Positions 34,407-44,442 of a stretch of DNA of 64,000 bases are shown piece by piece (position 1 is the stretch's first letter; every line of letters starts with the position of its first letter). The translations under genes were made by a program, and so were the position numbers. The notes beneath the pieces are model-generated. The model did no database searches and was not told where the DNA came from. It saw nothing but the letters and a program-made list of their open reading frames with translations. This DNA is from Candidatus Acidiferrales bacterium (GTDB taxonomy: Bacteria > Acidobacteriota > Terriglobia > Acidiferrales > UBA7541). The DNA is taken from positions 6,525 to 70,524 of the forward strand of contig DATEHV010000008.1 of the NCBI GenBank assembly GCA_035279445.1, written 5' to 3'.

Positions 34407-36866
34407 CTATTCGAACCTGTGCAGCGTGGTGGCCATCTGGCTTAGCCGCGAATCCACTTTCGCGAAGACGCTGCCCGGCTCGAACTTGCCGGTGGGACTT
34501 CGCCTGCCGGCGTGGACCCCGGTGAGAATCTCGATTCCCTGCTCAATCGTCCCTACGGGATAGATTTGGAATCGGCCGTTTGCGACGGCTTCGATCACTT
34601 CGTCGCGCAACATCAAATCGTCCACATTTTCGGCGGGGATCAGCACGCCCTGCTTGCCGGTGAGGCCCTTCAGCCGGCACACGTCGTAAAAGCCCTCGAT
34701 CTTCTGATTGACGCCGCCGATGGGCTGGACATCGCCCTGCTGATTCACGGAGCCGGTGACGGAGAGTTCCTGCCGGATGGGCAATCCGGAAAGCGCGGAA
34801 AGCAGCGCGTAGATTTCGGTGGAGCTGGCGCTATCGCCATCGACGCCGGAATAGGACTGTTCGAAGCAGACGCTCGCGGAGAGCGAAAGCGGCTTGTCCT
34901 GCGCAAACGTGCGCCGCAAATAGCCCGCGATGATCTGCACGCCCTTGTCGTGGAACCGTCCGCTGAGATTCGATTCGCGCTCGATATTGATGATGCCCGA
35001 TTTTCCGAGAGCGATCGACGCAGTGATGCGCACGGGCTTGCCGAACGCGTAGCCGCCGATTTCCATCACGCTCAGGCCGTTCACCTGTCCGACGCGGCCG
35101 CCGGTGGTGTCGATGAACACCAGGTTCTGTTCGATCATCTCGCGGATTTTCGTTTCCAGCAGATTGTGGCGGTCGATTTTTGCATCGAGGGCCTGGCGCA
35201 CATGCCCGGCCGTGATGATGCGGCAGGCGTCGTTCCGAGCGGCATAAGAGGATTCGCGAGCCAGGTCGGCGAGATCGAAAAAGCGCGTGGTGATCTTGCC
35301 GCGGCGGCCGGCAAGGCGCACACCGTGCTCGAGAATCGAGGCGACGGCCGAGCGGTCGAAATGCAGCAACTTCTCGTCCTCGACGAGCTTGCGCAGGCGC
35401 CCGCCGTAGTGTCGCAAGACCTCGTCGCTCCATTTCATTTCTTCATCGAACTCGACGCGAACTTTGAAGATTTTCTTGAAGTCGTCTTCGTAGTCGTAGA
35501 GCAGCTCATACATCTCGCGGTCGCCGATCAAGATGATTTTTGAGTGGATGTCGATGGGTTCGGGCTTGAGCGCGCTGGGACTGAACGGGAAAAACATGTC
35601 AACGGGCTGAATCTCGAGCTTGCCGTGATTGAGCGTGCGCTTGAGCGTGCGCCACACGCCCGCTTCGGTCATGGTGTCGAGCGCGTACATCACCAGAAAC
35701 CCGCCGTCGGCGCGCAGAAGGGAACCGCCGCGCAAGTCCATGAAGTCGGAGTTCCAGCCGCCGCGGCTGTCGTAGCTGCGGTGCACAGTCCCGAAAAGAT
35801 TCGCGTAGGTGGGAATCGTCTCGAAAATCACCGGACACTTCTCGTGTTCGGTGTGCGCGAGGATCACGTTGACGCCGTATATGCGAAAGGGATCGCGCTC
35901 GGTGCGCTCCGGGCGCGGAGCGCCGCCGCCTTCCGAGGGCGGCTGCTCCTCTTCGCCCTCGCGCTCCTTGAAGGGATCCAGATTGTCGAGGACGTGGTGC
36001 CGAACCTCCTCGAGGTATTCGGAAATCTGCAGGCTGGCGTATTTTTCCTTCAGCTCTTCGATCACGCCGTCCACCAGCACGGATGCCGCCTCCTGCTCGA
36101 GGTAGCTCATTTCGCTTGCTAGCTCGCGGGAGAGCGAAAGCGTCCGGCGATAGACGATGGTGAACTCCTGCCGAAACTGGTCGTACTTCCGCTCGAGGTC
36201 TTCGGCAGCGCTGTTTTCGAGTTTCCCGTCCTGCACCATCTTGGGGATTTCCTCGATTGGTACCATCTGGCCGTCGAGCACGGGAAAAATCTCCGGGAGA
36301 GCGACGGCTCCCACCTGCATGCGGCCGAGCGCAAACTGCTCTCGCGCGATCCGCCGCGTGAAGTCGTCCATCAACTCCTTTTCGCGCAGCGTGAAGCGCT
36401 CGACGATGCGCGTCTTCTGGCGCTGAAACGGCTCGCCCTCGAATACCTGTGGAATGCGGCGGCGGAGGAAATCGATTCCGGACTCGACCTCCTTCTTGAA
36501 GGCGTTGGCCTGGCCGCGGGGCAGAGTCAGCAAGCGCGGCCGGTCGGGATTCTTGAAATTGTTGACGTAGCAGCGGTCCGGCGCCGGCTCCGTCTGCGGA
36601 TGCATCTCTTCGATCATCCGCACGATCATGCCTCCGCGGCTGGTCCCGGAGAGTCCGCAGACGAAGAGATTGTACCCGGAGGCGGTCAGCTCCACGCCCA
36701 TGCGGAGCGCGCGCAGCGCCCGCTCCTGCCCCATGTCGCCTCCGACCGGTTCGACTTGGGCCGTAGTCTCAAACGGGATGGTGGCGGGGTCGCAGCGCCA
36801 CCGGAGCTTCTCCGGCGATAGGCTCGGGTGTTGCGGATTGGAGTTCTTCGTCATGCGGCGACGCAT
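34407..36866 (-). CDS. Lon-like protease with degenerate AAA+ module (LonC-like)
   Basis: 819 aa. C-terminal S16 domain with Ser-Lys dyad context (GVDGDSASSTE ... GGVNQKIEGF). The Walker-A position reads GLSGTSRGGM (not GxxGxGKT). Confidence 0.82.
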   Translation of the reverse strand: MRRRMTKNSNPQHPSLSPEKLRWRCDPATIPFETTAQVEPVGGDMGQERALRALRMGVELTASGYNLFVCGLSGTSRGGMIVRMIEEMHPQTEPAPDRCYVNNFKNPDRPRLLTLPRGQANAFKKEVESGIDFLRRRIPQVFEGEPFQRQKTRIVERFTLREKELMDDFTRRIAREQFALGRMQVGAVALPEIFPVLDGQMVPIEEIPKMVQDGKLENSAAEDLERKYDQFRQEFTIVYRRTLSLSRELASEMSYLEQEAASVLVDGVIEELKEKYASLQISEYLEEVRHHVLDNLDPFKEREGEEEQPPSEGGGAPRPERTERDPFRIYGVNVILAHTEHEKCPVIFETIPTYANLFGTVHRSYDSRGGWNSDFMDLRGGSLLRADGGFLVMYALDTMTEAGVWRTLKRTLNHGKLEIQPVDMFFPFSPSALKPEPIDIHSKIILIGDREMYELLYDYEDDFKKIFKVRVEFDEEMKWSDEVLRHYGGRLRKLVEDEKLLHFDRSAVASILEHGVRLAGRRGKITTRFFDLADLARESSYAARNDACRIITAGHVRQALDAKIDRHNLLETKIREMIEQNLVFIDTTGGRVGQVNGLSVMEIGGYAFGKPVRITASIALGKSGIINIERESNLSGRFHDKGVQIIAGYLRRTFAQDKPLSLSASVCFEQSYSGVDGDSASSTEIYALLSALSGLPIRQELSVTGSVNQQGDVQPIGGVNQKIEGFYDVCRLKGLTGKQGVLIPAENVDDLMLRDEVIEAVANGRFQIYPVGTIEQGIEILTGVHAGRRSPTGKFEPGSVFAKVDSRLSQMATTLHRFE

Positions 36867-36905
36867 CGGTTTGTCCGAAGGGCGCTACTCTAGCACGGCA
36901 TCCGT

Positions 36906-38144
36906 TTACTTCGCACCCGCGTGCGACGCAGTGTTTCCAGCGTGGACAACGGGAGCGTAGAGGTCGAGAACGCTGGCCGCCGTCGCCACCACAATTGGCC
37001 CGAGTACGACTCCCAGCATCCCAAACACGGCGATCCCGCCGAGAACGCTGATGAACACGACCAAGCCGCCCATCTCCGCACGGCCGCTGATCAGCCACGG
37101 GCGAATCAGGTTGTCCACCAGCCCCACGATTACGCTGCAGAAGACCGCAAGAATGATCCCGCGGGCCAGGTGACCTCCGGCCATCAGGCTGATGGAGACG
37201 GGAACCCAGATGAGTGCGGAGCCCACGAGCGGGACGAAGGAAAAAAATCCCATCATCACACCCCAGAAAATGGGTGCCCGGATCCCGGTGAGCGCGAATG
37301 CCGTGCCGCCGAGTGCGCCGTGGGCGGCGGCGGCCACCAGGCTCGACGTCACGCTCGCGAAGATCAGGCTTCGCGCGTCTCTGAGCATTCGTTCGCGCTG
37401 AGCCGACTCAAAGGGCAGCACTTCCCGCAGCCGCTCCACGATCGAATCGCCGTCGCGATAGAGATAAAACATCGCGAGGATGGTCACGCCCAAATGAAAA
37501 AGGAACAGCGCGGTGTTCCGCAGGATGTTTCCGAGCTCGGCGGCAACAAACTCTCCCGCTTGCTCGCCGTAGCGACGCAGCGATCTTGCCAGATCGGGCG
37601 AACCCGCCTCCGGGAAGCGATGCTGAATCCGGACCCACAGATCGTTTACCCACGTGAAATGGCCATTGGCAACCTGCATCTGGACGGACTGCACCGCATT
37701 CACACCCTGCCGGACAAACGCAATCATCACGAGCAGCGTGGGCACAATGAGTATCAGAGTCACCGCGGCGGTCGCCGCGAGGGCTGCCGTTGTCCGATTC
37801 CCGCGCCGAGCGAGTCGTTCGTAGGCGGGATAGGAGACCACCACAAGTACAGCGGCCCACGCCAGCGGAACAAGAAAAGGAGCGAAAACGAGGTAGACCA
37901 GATACACGAGCAAAATTACGATGCCGTAAAACAGCGCGGTGCCGATCCGCTTCTGCGAACTCTGTTCGATCGTCAAGTCGCCTCCCGCAGTCCGGATTCC
38001 GGCAAGGAGACTGATAGTTGCAATCCCTACGTTTGTCAACTGGGCGAGCGAAGTCGCGTGGCACGCGCGGGTGCTATAATCAAGGCAGTTCCGATTTGGA
38101 TTCCCTCCATGACGCAGCCTGCGTGCCAGCACAAGCGCACTCAA
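36906..38144 (-). CDS. AI-2E family transporter (PerM/UPF0118 permease); start uncertain
   Basis: Multi-pass membrane protein. FAPFLVPLAWAAVLVVVSYP and the C-terminal LGGIAVFGMLGVVLGPIV are typical of AI-2E/PerM. The true start is probably an alternative codon downstream of 38144. Confidence 0.78.
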   Translation of the reverse strand: MSALVLARRLRHGGNPNRNCLDYSTRACHATSLAQLTNVGIATISLLAGIRTAGGDLTIEQSSQKRIGTALFYGIVILLVYLVYLVFAPFLVPLAWAAVLVVVSYPAYERLARRGNRTTAALAATAAVTLILIVPTLLVMIAFVRQGVNAVQSVQMQVANGHFTWVNDLWVRIQHRFPEAGSPDLARSLRRYGEQAGEFVAAELGNILRNTALFLFHLGVTILAMFYLYRDGDSIVERLREVLPFESAQRERMLRDARSLIFASVTSSLVAAAAHGALGGTAFALTGIRAPIFWGVMMGFFSFVPLVGSALIWVPVSISLMAGGHLARGIILAVFCSVIVGLVDNLIRPWLISGRAEMGGLVVFISVLGGIAVFGMLGVVLGPIVVATAASVLDLYAPVVHAGNTASHAGAK

Positions 38145-38267
38145 CTCATCGCCAAAGACAGTGACGCCCAGTATCGGGAATGCCTCGACTGCGGCGAAAT
38201 CCTCGAAGCCGGAGAAATGGAAAAGAAAGAAGGTGCCGGCTTCGACGAATCCCTCTCCGACGCCTGA
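38109..38267 (+). CDS. Possible small zinc-ribbon protein (52 aa)
   Basis: ATG ORF MTQPACQH...YRECLDCGEILEAGE... with C-x-H ... CxxC, an acidic tail and coding-like GC3. It overlaps only the doubtful N-terminal extension of the permease ORF. Confidence 0.3.
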   Translation: MTQPACQHKRTQLIAKDSDAQYRECLDCGEILEAGEMEKKEGAGFDESLSDA

Positions 38268-38357
38268 GCCTGGCGCAGGACTGCTCGGAAAGAAAGCTAC
38301 CGCGAGATGGTTCGCGGGGCGTAGAATCCGCCGCGAAGGGTGTTGCGGGAGGCGACC

Positions 38358-38816
38358 ATGTGGAGATACCTACTGGTTCTCTCGATTCTTCTGTTTGCGG
38401 CGTTCGCATCCGGGGCAGGGCAAGAACAAAAGCCCGCCGAGAATGCAGCGCCTGCAGAAGCCAAGGCCCCTCCGGAGGCCGTGGCCCAGCCCAATCCCGT
38501 GAAGCCGACGGCGGAGTCCCTTGCTCAGGGCAAAAAGGTGTACGGCTACGATTGCGCGATGTGCCACGGCGTCGAGGGCGACGGCAAAGGCGACCTCGCG
38601 ACGGACATGAAGCTGCAACTCGCGGATTATCGCGACCCCGCATCTCTGAAGGACAAAACGGACGGCGAGCTCTTCTACATCATCCAGAAGGGCAAAGGCG
38701 ACATGCCGCAGGAGGGCAGCCGCGCGAAGCCGAATGAGATCTGGAACCTCGTCAACTACGTCCGGTCATTCGCAAAGAAGGGCGCTCCGCCAAAGGACAA
38801 GCCTGCGTCTCCCTAG
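38358..38816 (+). CDS. Secreted class I c-type cytochrome
   Basis: GGGAGG RBS, signal peptide MWRYLLVLSILLFAAFASGAG, CAMCHG heme motif, and a distal Met in GDMP. Confidence 0.82.
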   Translation: MWRYLLVLSILLFAAFASGAGQEQKPAENAAPAEAKAPPEAVAQPNPVKPTAESLAQGKKVYGYDCAMCHGVEGDGKGDLATDMKLQLADYRDPASLKDKTDGELFYIIQKGKGDMPQEGSRAKPNEIWNLVNYVRSFAKKGAPPKDKPASP

Positions 38817-38837
38817 TCGTGTTTCTGTTGCCCGCGA

Positions 38838-40097
38838 TTACTTCTGGGGAGGAACGAGGCTCGGATCGATGCGGTGAGCTTCGTTGAATTCAAGCGTCGC
38901 TCCGGCGGAATCGCCCAAATAGCGCAGAATCGTGCCCAGATTGTAGTGTGCCTGCGCGAAGTCGGGTTTCAGATGAATCGCTTCACGATAGCGGTCTGCC
39001 GCAGGCCGGTATTGTCCTTTGGCGAAGAGGGTATTCGCCAGATTAAAACGCGCATATGCGTTCTCCGGTTGGACCGCGATCAACCTCACAAGGATGTCTT
39101 CTGAGCCCTTAAGGTCGCCCGTTTGCACGAGTGCCGCACCGAGTCCGAGCATGGCGTCGGCGTAGTCGGGCTGCACGTCGAGGGCCCTGCGAAAGCTTGC
39201 GGCGGCCTCTTTCGCATGGTTCTGGCTCAAATATGCATTCCCCAGATTGGAGAGCGCGTATGCAGAGCGGGGATCCAAGGCCAACCCCTTCTGGTATGCG
39301 CCGATCGCATCTTCGAACTTATTCTGATCCTGGTACGCGCGGCCGAGATTGAACTCGGCTTCGGGCTGATCCGGCTTTAGAGCCAGGCTTTTCTGAAGGC
39401 TTGAGATGGCGTCATCCAGGCTACCTTGGACGTGTTGCAGGCGGCCTAGCTCGGACCAGGCCGAGGCTTCGCTTGGGCGGGAGGCCACGATCTTGACGTA
39501 AAGATCGATGGCCTCATCGGTGCGTCCAGCTTGCTCGAGTGCCACTCCAAGATTGTTCAGGGCGTCGGGATAGCCGGGTTTTAGAGCCAGAGCTTTGCGG
39601 TAGTTTGCGATGGCGTCATCCACGTGACCCGTGGCAAACATTGCGGCGCCCATGCCGTTCCAGGCTTCCGGTGAATCCAGCTTGAGTGCCAGCGACTTCT
39701 GATAAAACGAAATCGAATCGTCGTATTTCCGTTCGTGGTAGAGCGCCAGTCCGATGTTGCTTTCGGTGATGGGGTCGTTGGGCTTGAATTTTAGCGCCAG
39801 AGTCAGATCGGAGAGGGCCTCGTCATACTTTCCCTGCGAATCGAGCGCGAGACCAAGATTCGTGAGCGCTGCCGCATTTGCCGGGTTGAGCACGAGCGCC
39901 TGCCGGTAGAGCGCAATGGCTTCCTCAACCTTGCCGCGCTCGTACAGATCGCGCCCTTGATTGGAGAGTGCCGCGGAAGAGTTAATTTGATCGATGGATG
40001 TCTTCTGCTGCGCCCGCGCAAGTCTTCCGCAGGCAGCCATCCAGACGAACGCCACCACGAAACCCGCGCATCCAAGCCCAAATCGCCTCCGGAGCAT
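38838..40097 (-). CDS. Secreted tetratricopeptide (TPR) repeat protein
   Basis: Signal peptide, then ~10 tandem 34-aa TPR units (A..Y..AL.L.P....A..NLG.A). Confidence 0.88.
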   Translation of the reverse strand: MLRRRFGLGCAGFVVAFVWMAACGRLARAQQKTSIDQINSSAALSNQGRDLYERGKVEEAIALYRQALVLNPANAAALTNLGLALDSQGKYDEALSDLTLALKFKPNDPITESNIGLALYHERKYDDSISFYQKSLALKLDSPEAWNGMGAAMFATGHVDDAIANYRKALALKPGYPDALNNLGVALEQAGRTDEAIDLYVKIVASRPSEASAWSELGRLQHVQGSLDDAISSLQKSLALKPDQPEAEFNLGRAYQDQNKFEDAIGAYQKGLALDPRSAYALSNLGNAYLSQNHAKEAAASFRRALDVQPDYADAMLGLGAALVQTGDLKGSEDILVRLIAVQPENAYARFNLANTLFAKGQYRPAADRYREAIHLKPDFAQAHYNLGTILRYLGDSAGATLEFNEAHRIDPSLVPPQK

Positions 40098-40230
40098 ACG
40101 GCAAATCCTCTCGTGAATTGCGAGGAGGATATCATGCGCGGGGGCCTCCGGGCGAGGACAGGAGTATCACTAGCGTGAAGTAATGTTTTGAGTTAGGCTC
40201 GGCGCCTTAAGGCTATGCCTTCTGCTTGGC

Positions 40231-41772
40231 ATGCTCTTCAAGACTTTCAGCGCCGCAGTGTTCGGGATTGACGCCTACCTGGTGGAGGCCGAGGTGGACG
40301 TCGGCCCCGGCCAGGCGGGAATTTTCAACGTCGTGGGGCTGCCGGACAATGCCGTCCGGGAGAGCCGCGAACGAATCAAGGCGGCGCTGCGGAATTGCGG
40401 ATTCGATTACCCGTCCTATCAGGTCGTTACCGTCAATCTCGCGCCCGCCGATATCCGCAAGGAAGGCTCCGCGTTCGATTTGCCGATGGCGCTGGGACTT
40501 CTCGGCTGCCAGGGAACTTTCTTCGGAAAGCTGCTGGACTCCTACGTTTTCCTCGGGGAACTCTCGCTCGATGGCGGCGTGCGCTCCGTGCGCGGGGCGC
40601 TCTCGGCGGCGCTTGCCGCCCGCGAGCGCGGCATTCCGAACCTCGTGGTGCCGGAAGCAAACGCGCGGGAAGCGGCAGTGGTCGAGGGCATGCACGTCTA
40701 TCCCGTTAAGTCGCTGCCCCAGGCGGTGGATCTGATGAACGCGCCCGAAAGCTTCCAGCCGATTCAAGTGGATACGTCGCAGATGCTCGCGGAAGCGAGC
40801 CAGTACGCGGTTGACCTGCGCGACGTGCGCGGGCAGATGGCGGCGAAACGCGCGCTGGAGGTTTCTTGCGCCGGGAGCCACAACATTCTCCTGATCGGTC
40901 CGCCGGGCGCGGGCAAGACGATGCTCGCGAAACGCATCCCTACAATTCTGCCGCCGATGTCGCTCGAAGAAGCCATCGAGACGACGCGAATTCACAGCGT
41001 GGCGGGGCTGCTCGAAGACGCTCGCGGACTGGTGGGAACGCGGCCGTTTCGGTCGCCGCACCATACCATCAGCGACGCGGGCCTGATCGGCGGGGGAGCC
41101 GTGCCGCGCCCGGGCGAAGTCTCTCTCGGGCACAACGGCGTGCTTTTCCTCGATGAGCTGCCCGAATTTCAGCGCAACGTGCTGGAGGTGATGCGCCAGC
41201 CGCTTGAGGACGGATGCGTGACGATCGCCCGCGCCGCGGTTTCGGTGAGCTTTCCGTCGCGATTCATGCTGGCCGCGGCGATGAATCCGTGTCCTTGCGG
41301 TTTTTTCGGCGATGCCACGCGCGAATGTCATTGCTCGCCGCCGCAGATCCAGCGCTACGTTTCGAAAATTTCCGGACCGTTGCTTGATCGCATCGACATT
41401 CACATCGAAGTTCCGGCCGTGAAGTATAAGGAGCTGCGTGGCGAGGCGGAAATCGAAAGCTCGGCAAGCGTGCGCGACCGCGTCCTGCGCGCGCGGGAGA
41501 TTCAGCTGGAGCGCTACAAGGGCGAAAAAACCCTCTATGCCAACGCGCAAATGCCGCCCAAACTGATTCGCACGCACTGCGCCATCTCCGCCGAGGGCGA
41601 AAAACTGCTCGAATCTGCGATTCAACGCCTGGGTCTTTCCGCGCGCGCCCACGACCGCATCCTGAAGGTCTCGCGGACGATTGCCGACCTCGAAGGAGCG
41701 CCAGCAATCCTGCCGAAGCATTTGAGCGAAGCCATCCAGTACCGCACGCTCGACCGCACCTATTGGGCCTGA
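40231..41772 (+). CDS. comM: YifB/ComM family Mg-chelatase-like ATPase
   Basis: 513 aa. Lon-like N-domain ([13 protein letters not shown]), Walker [21 protein letters not shown], and a C-terminal [18 protein letters not shown]. Confidence 0.9.
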   Translation: MLFKTFSAAVFGIDAYLVEAEVDVGPGQAGIFNVVGLPDNAVRESRERIKAALRNCGFDYPSYQVVTVNLAPADIRKEGSAFDLPMALGLLGCQGTFFGKLLDSYVFLGELSLDGGVRSVRGALSAALAARERGIPNLVVPEANAREAAVVEGMHVYPVKSLPQAVDLMNAPESFQPIQVDTSQMLAEASQYAVDLRDVRGQMAAKRALEVSCAGSHNILLIGPPGAGKTMLAKRIPTILPPMSLEEAIETTRIHSVAGLLEDARGLVGTRPFRSPHHTISDAGLIGGGAVPRPGEVSLGHNGVLFLDELPEFQRNVLEVMRQPLEDGCVTIARAAVSVSFPSRFMLAAAMNPCPCGFFGDATRECHCSPPQIQRYVSKISGPLLDRIDIHIEVPAVKYKELRGEAEIESSASVRDRVLRAREIQLERYKGEKTLYANAQMPPKLIRTHCAISAEGEKLLESAIQRLGLSARAHDRILKVSRTIADLEGAPAILPKHLSEAIQYRTLDRTYWA

Positions 41773-41869
41773 ACCGCGGCGGGTTCCGGGAGAGCCCGTC
41801 CGATTGACGGCTGCGCGGCGGCTGTGATACGCATTAGCCGTTTGTTTAGTATGGTTTCGCTCGATTTCG

Positions 41870-42319
41870 ATGGCGGCTCCCAACCAACGTCTCGAGGTCA
41901 CGCTCGACACGCAGCTGGAAAGCGTGGACCTCGCTGAAAATATCGTGAAACGCGCCGCCGAAGCCGCCGGCTTCAGCGAAGACGACATCCATAAGCTCGG
42001 CATGGCGGTGCGCGAGGGCGTGATCAACGCATACAACTACGGCAACTGCCGCGACCGGCGGAAAAAGATACTGCTGGCGGTCGAGTTCGAGCCGGAAAAG
42101 ATGGTCGTGCACGTGGTCGATGAAGGAGGCGGCTTCGAACTGGCCGAAGTCGCCGACCCGCTTGCCGAAGAAAACCTGCTGCGCACCTCGGGACGCGGCC
42201 TTTTCCTGATGCGCGCGTTCATGGACGATCTCACCGTGCGCCGCGGTCCCGGCGGGGGAGCCGACCTGGTGATGTCGAAGCGGCTCCCGCATCGCATTTC
42301 GAGGAACGGCCAGTTTTAA
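41870..42319 (+). CDS. Anti-sigma-factor-type serine kinase (RsbW/SpoIIAB-like HATPase)
   Basis: 149 aa with an N-box (REGVINAYNYG), DEGGGF, and GRGLFLMRAFMD. Confidence 0.8.
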   Translation: MAAPNQRLEVTLDTQLESVDLAENIVKRAAEAAGFSEDDIHKLGMAVREGVINAYNYGNCRDRRKKILLAVEFEPEKMVVHVVDEGGGFELAEVADPLAEENLLRTSGRGLFLMRAFMDDLTVRRGPGGGADLVMSKRLPHRISRNGQF

Positions 42320-42348
42320 CCGGAGTAGAATCCCTCACTGAGGATTCC

Positions 42349-42693
42349 GTGCCCCTGCAAGGAACATGCCGCGACGTGGGCGATGTTGTCGTGGTGGATT
42401 TCAGCGGCAAGATCACGCTCGGCGAGGCCAGCGCGACGCTGCGGCGGACGATCCGCGAACTCGTCGACAACGGACGCCGCAAGATCCTCCTGAATCTGAG
42501 CGACGTCGATTACATCGATAGCTCGGGAATCGGAGAGCTCGTGGGCGCTTTCACCACCGTGCGCGGCGCCAATGGCGATTTGAAGCTCGTCTATCTCACG
42601 AAGCGCGTTCATGACATCCTGCAGATCACGCGTTTATACCTCGTCTTCGACGTGCAGACGGATGAGGCCACTGCGGTGAACAGCTTCCGCTGA
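42349..42693 (+). CDS. STAS-domain anti-sigma-factor antagonist (RsbV/SpoIIAA-like)
   Basis: 114 aa. [12 protein letters not shown] carries the phosphorylatable Ser context. GTG start 30 nt after the kinase gene. Confidence 0.85.
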   Translation: MPLQGTCRDVGDVVVVDFSGKITLGEASATLRRTIRELVDNGRRKILLNLSDVDYIDSSGIGELVGAFTTVRGANGDLKLVYLTKRVHDILQITRLYLVFDVQTDEATAVNSFR

Positions 42694-42866
42694 ACCTCGT
42701 TTCTTCGCACTCCGTTCCGCGCTCGTTTCCGATTCCCAAACTCTGGACACTGAAAACGGTTTGTGCAAGAATCCCGCCGCTGATGGGGTCTGGCAGTCCC
42801 GGGAAAGCGCGAGTCCGGGCTTGCGGACGCCCGAATCGGGACTTCACTCGAAGAGGAGTAGAACCG

Positions 42867-43073
42867 TTGGCTCGAGAACAGGGTGTAGTGAAGTGGTTCA
42901 ACGCTTCAAAGGGTTATGGGTTCATCCAGCGTCAGTCGGGGGAGGACGTCTTCGTTCACTTCTCCGCCATCGAGATGGACGGATACAAGTCGCTGAACGA
43001 AGGCCAGCTTGTCGAGTTTGAGGTCCGTCAGGGCCCCAAGGGCTTTCAAGCTGAAAACGTAACGAAGGTTTAG
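42867..43073 (+). CDS. Cold-shock protein (CspA family)
   Basis: [15 protein letters not shown] (RNP1) and VFVHFSAI (RNP2). In-frame TTG at 42867 is preceded by AAGAGGAG. Long (~170 nt) leader upstream. Confidence 0.9.
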   Translation: MAREQGVVKWFNASKGYGFIQRQSGEDVFVHFSAIEMDGYKSLNEGQLVEFEVRQGPKGFQAENVTKV

Positions 43074-43088
43074 CACACGCTCAATCGA

Positions 43089-43125
43089 AGGCCCCGTTTC
43101 GCGCTCCCGGGATGGGGCCTTTTCT
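43089..43125 (+). terminator. Intrinsic terminator after csp
   Basis: AGGCCCC ... GGGGCCT stem followed by TTTTCTT directly after the csp stop. It lies inside the 5' part of track ORF 43112, which argues for a later start of the next gene. Confidence 0.5.
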
Positions 43126-43249
43126 TGTGGCGGCGCGCCGTGTGCGGCGAGGTTCGAAAGCGTTCCAACGGGCCTGCGATCGCTGGAATTCGCTCGCTTG
43201 CGCGATTGTGATACGATTCGATGTCAGAGAGTTCCTCAGGAGCTCGGAC

Positions 43250-43963
43250 GTGGCGCAGCATATTACCCGCAGGGAACTGAAAAAGGATGAAGTGCGCGAG
43301 ACGTTCGCGCACGGCGCAGAAGCTGTCCTTTCGCACCAGCAACTGGCCTCGTACATCCTGATCGCAGCGGCGGTGATTGCCCTGGGCTTCTTCGGCTGGA
43401 GGATGTACGGCCAGCGCCAGACGGTGAAGGCCTTGGCGGCTTTCGACGACGCCATGAAGATTTTCGGCGCGCCTGTCGGCGCCTCGCCGGCGCCGGGCGA
43501 AGTCGCCTACACGGATGCGAACAAAAAGTTCGCCGACGCGCAGAAGAAGTTTTCCGAAGTGGGCTCGAAATATCCGCGCACTCATCCCGGCGAACTCGCG
43601 CGCTACTACGCAGCGCTCAGCTTCGAGCGGCTGGACAAGAATGACGACGCGAGAAAGGGCCTTCAGAGCCTCGCGAACGGCAGCGATGAAGAAGTCGCCG
43701 CCATGGCGCGGCTCGAGCTGGCCGGACTGGACGACCGCACCGGACAGGGCGATGAGGCGGTCAAGCTTTATCAGCAGCTGATCGCGAAGCCGACGGTGCT
43801 CGTGCCGAAATCGGTCGTCATGTTGACTCTCGCCGGGCACTACCGGGACAAGAATCCTTCCGAGGCGGCCAGGCTCTACGCAGAGATCAAGGCCGAATAT
43901 CCCAACACGCCGATCGCCGAACAGGCGGACCAGGCGCTCGCTCTGCTTCCCGGCAAATCCTGA
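43250..43963 (+). CDS. Membrane-anchored TPR-like protein (YfgM/ybgF-like architecture)
   Basis: From GTG at 43250: (M)AQHITRRELKKDEV, one TM helix (YILIAAAVIALGFFGW), then TPR-like helices ending ...EYPNTPIAEQA. Confidence 0.62.
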   Translation: MAQHITRRELKKDEVRETFAHGAEAVLSHQQLASYILIAAAVIALGFFGWRMYGQRQTVKALAAFDDAMKIFGAPVGASPAPGEVAYTDANKKFADAQKKFSEVGSKYPRTHPGELARYYAALSFERLDKNDDARKGLQSLANGSDEEVAAMARLELAGLDDRTGQGDEAVKLYQQLIAKPTVLVPKSVVMLTLAGHYRDKNPSEAARLYAEIKAEYPNTPIAEQADQALALLPGKS

Positions 43964-43991
43964 TCGCCTAGAACCCGAGTTCGTGCGGGAC

Positions 43992-44363
43992 TCAGCGGCT
44001 TCGTCCGCGAGCTCCGCGGCACCGAGTCTTTGACGGCTTCGGCGCCACCAGGAGATAGCTGCCTTTGACGAGCCCGCCGACCTCTTTCCAGTTGAGCGGC
44101 GCTGCATAGGCTCGCAAGGTCACCCAGCCGTGCTTTCCAATGTAGGGCGTGCGAAAAAACCTGGGATCGCTTAGGAAAACGCCCTGCAGAATTTTGCCCA
44201 CTTTCAGACAGATGCCCAGCTCGCCCTTGTACTCCTCCAGCACCGCAAACGTCTTCTTCTGAATTTGGAAGGTCGGGTGTCCGAACGTGACGGTCTCGAT
44301 GGCTTGCGGTAGGCCGAGGCAGATCATTCTCAGTTTTCTGAGAATCGTTGATTCCGGAATCAT
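43992..44363 (-). CDS. MmcQ/YjbR family protein
   Basis: LRMICLGLPQAIE..TFGHPTF.I.KKTFA...GKHGWVTL pattern is typical of YjbR. ATG at 44363. Confidence 0.72.
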   Translation of the reverse strand: MIPESTILRKLRMICLGLPQAIETVTFGHPTFQIQKKTFAVLEEYKGELGICLKVGKILQGVFLSDPRFFRTPYIGKHGWVTLRAYAAPLNWKEVGGLVKGSYLLVAPKPSKTRCRGARGRSR

Positions 44364-44442
44364 CCGCGCATCATAGCAGCGGATCCGGTTTGGCGCGGCC
44401 GCGGCGGCCTGCAGGTAGCCGGGGCCGCCCGGATGCACTAAA

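Noticed and set aside
34407-36866. Lon-like protease as BrxL of a BREX defence system.
   Set aside because: No PglX, PglZ, BrxA, BrxB or BrxC-like genes, and no other defence genes, are nearby. The neighbours are a permease and a secreted protease.
43112-43249. Upstream start (43112) for the TPR-like membrane protein.
   Set aside because: The csp terminator hairpin and T-run (43089-43125) lie inside this extension. GTG at 43250 gives a typical short cytoplasmic N-terminus before the TM helix.
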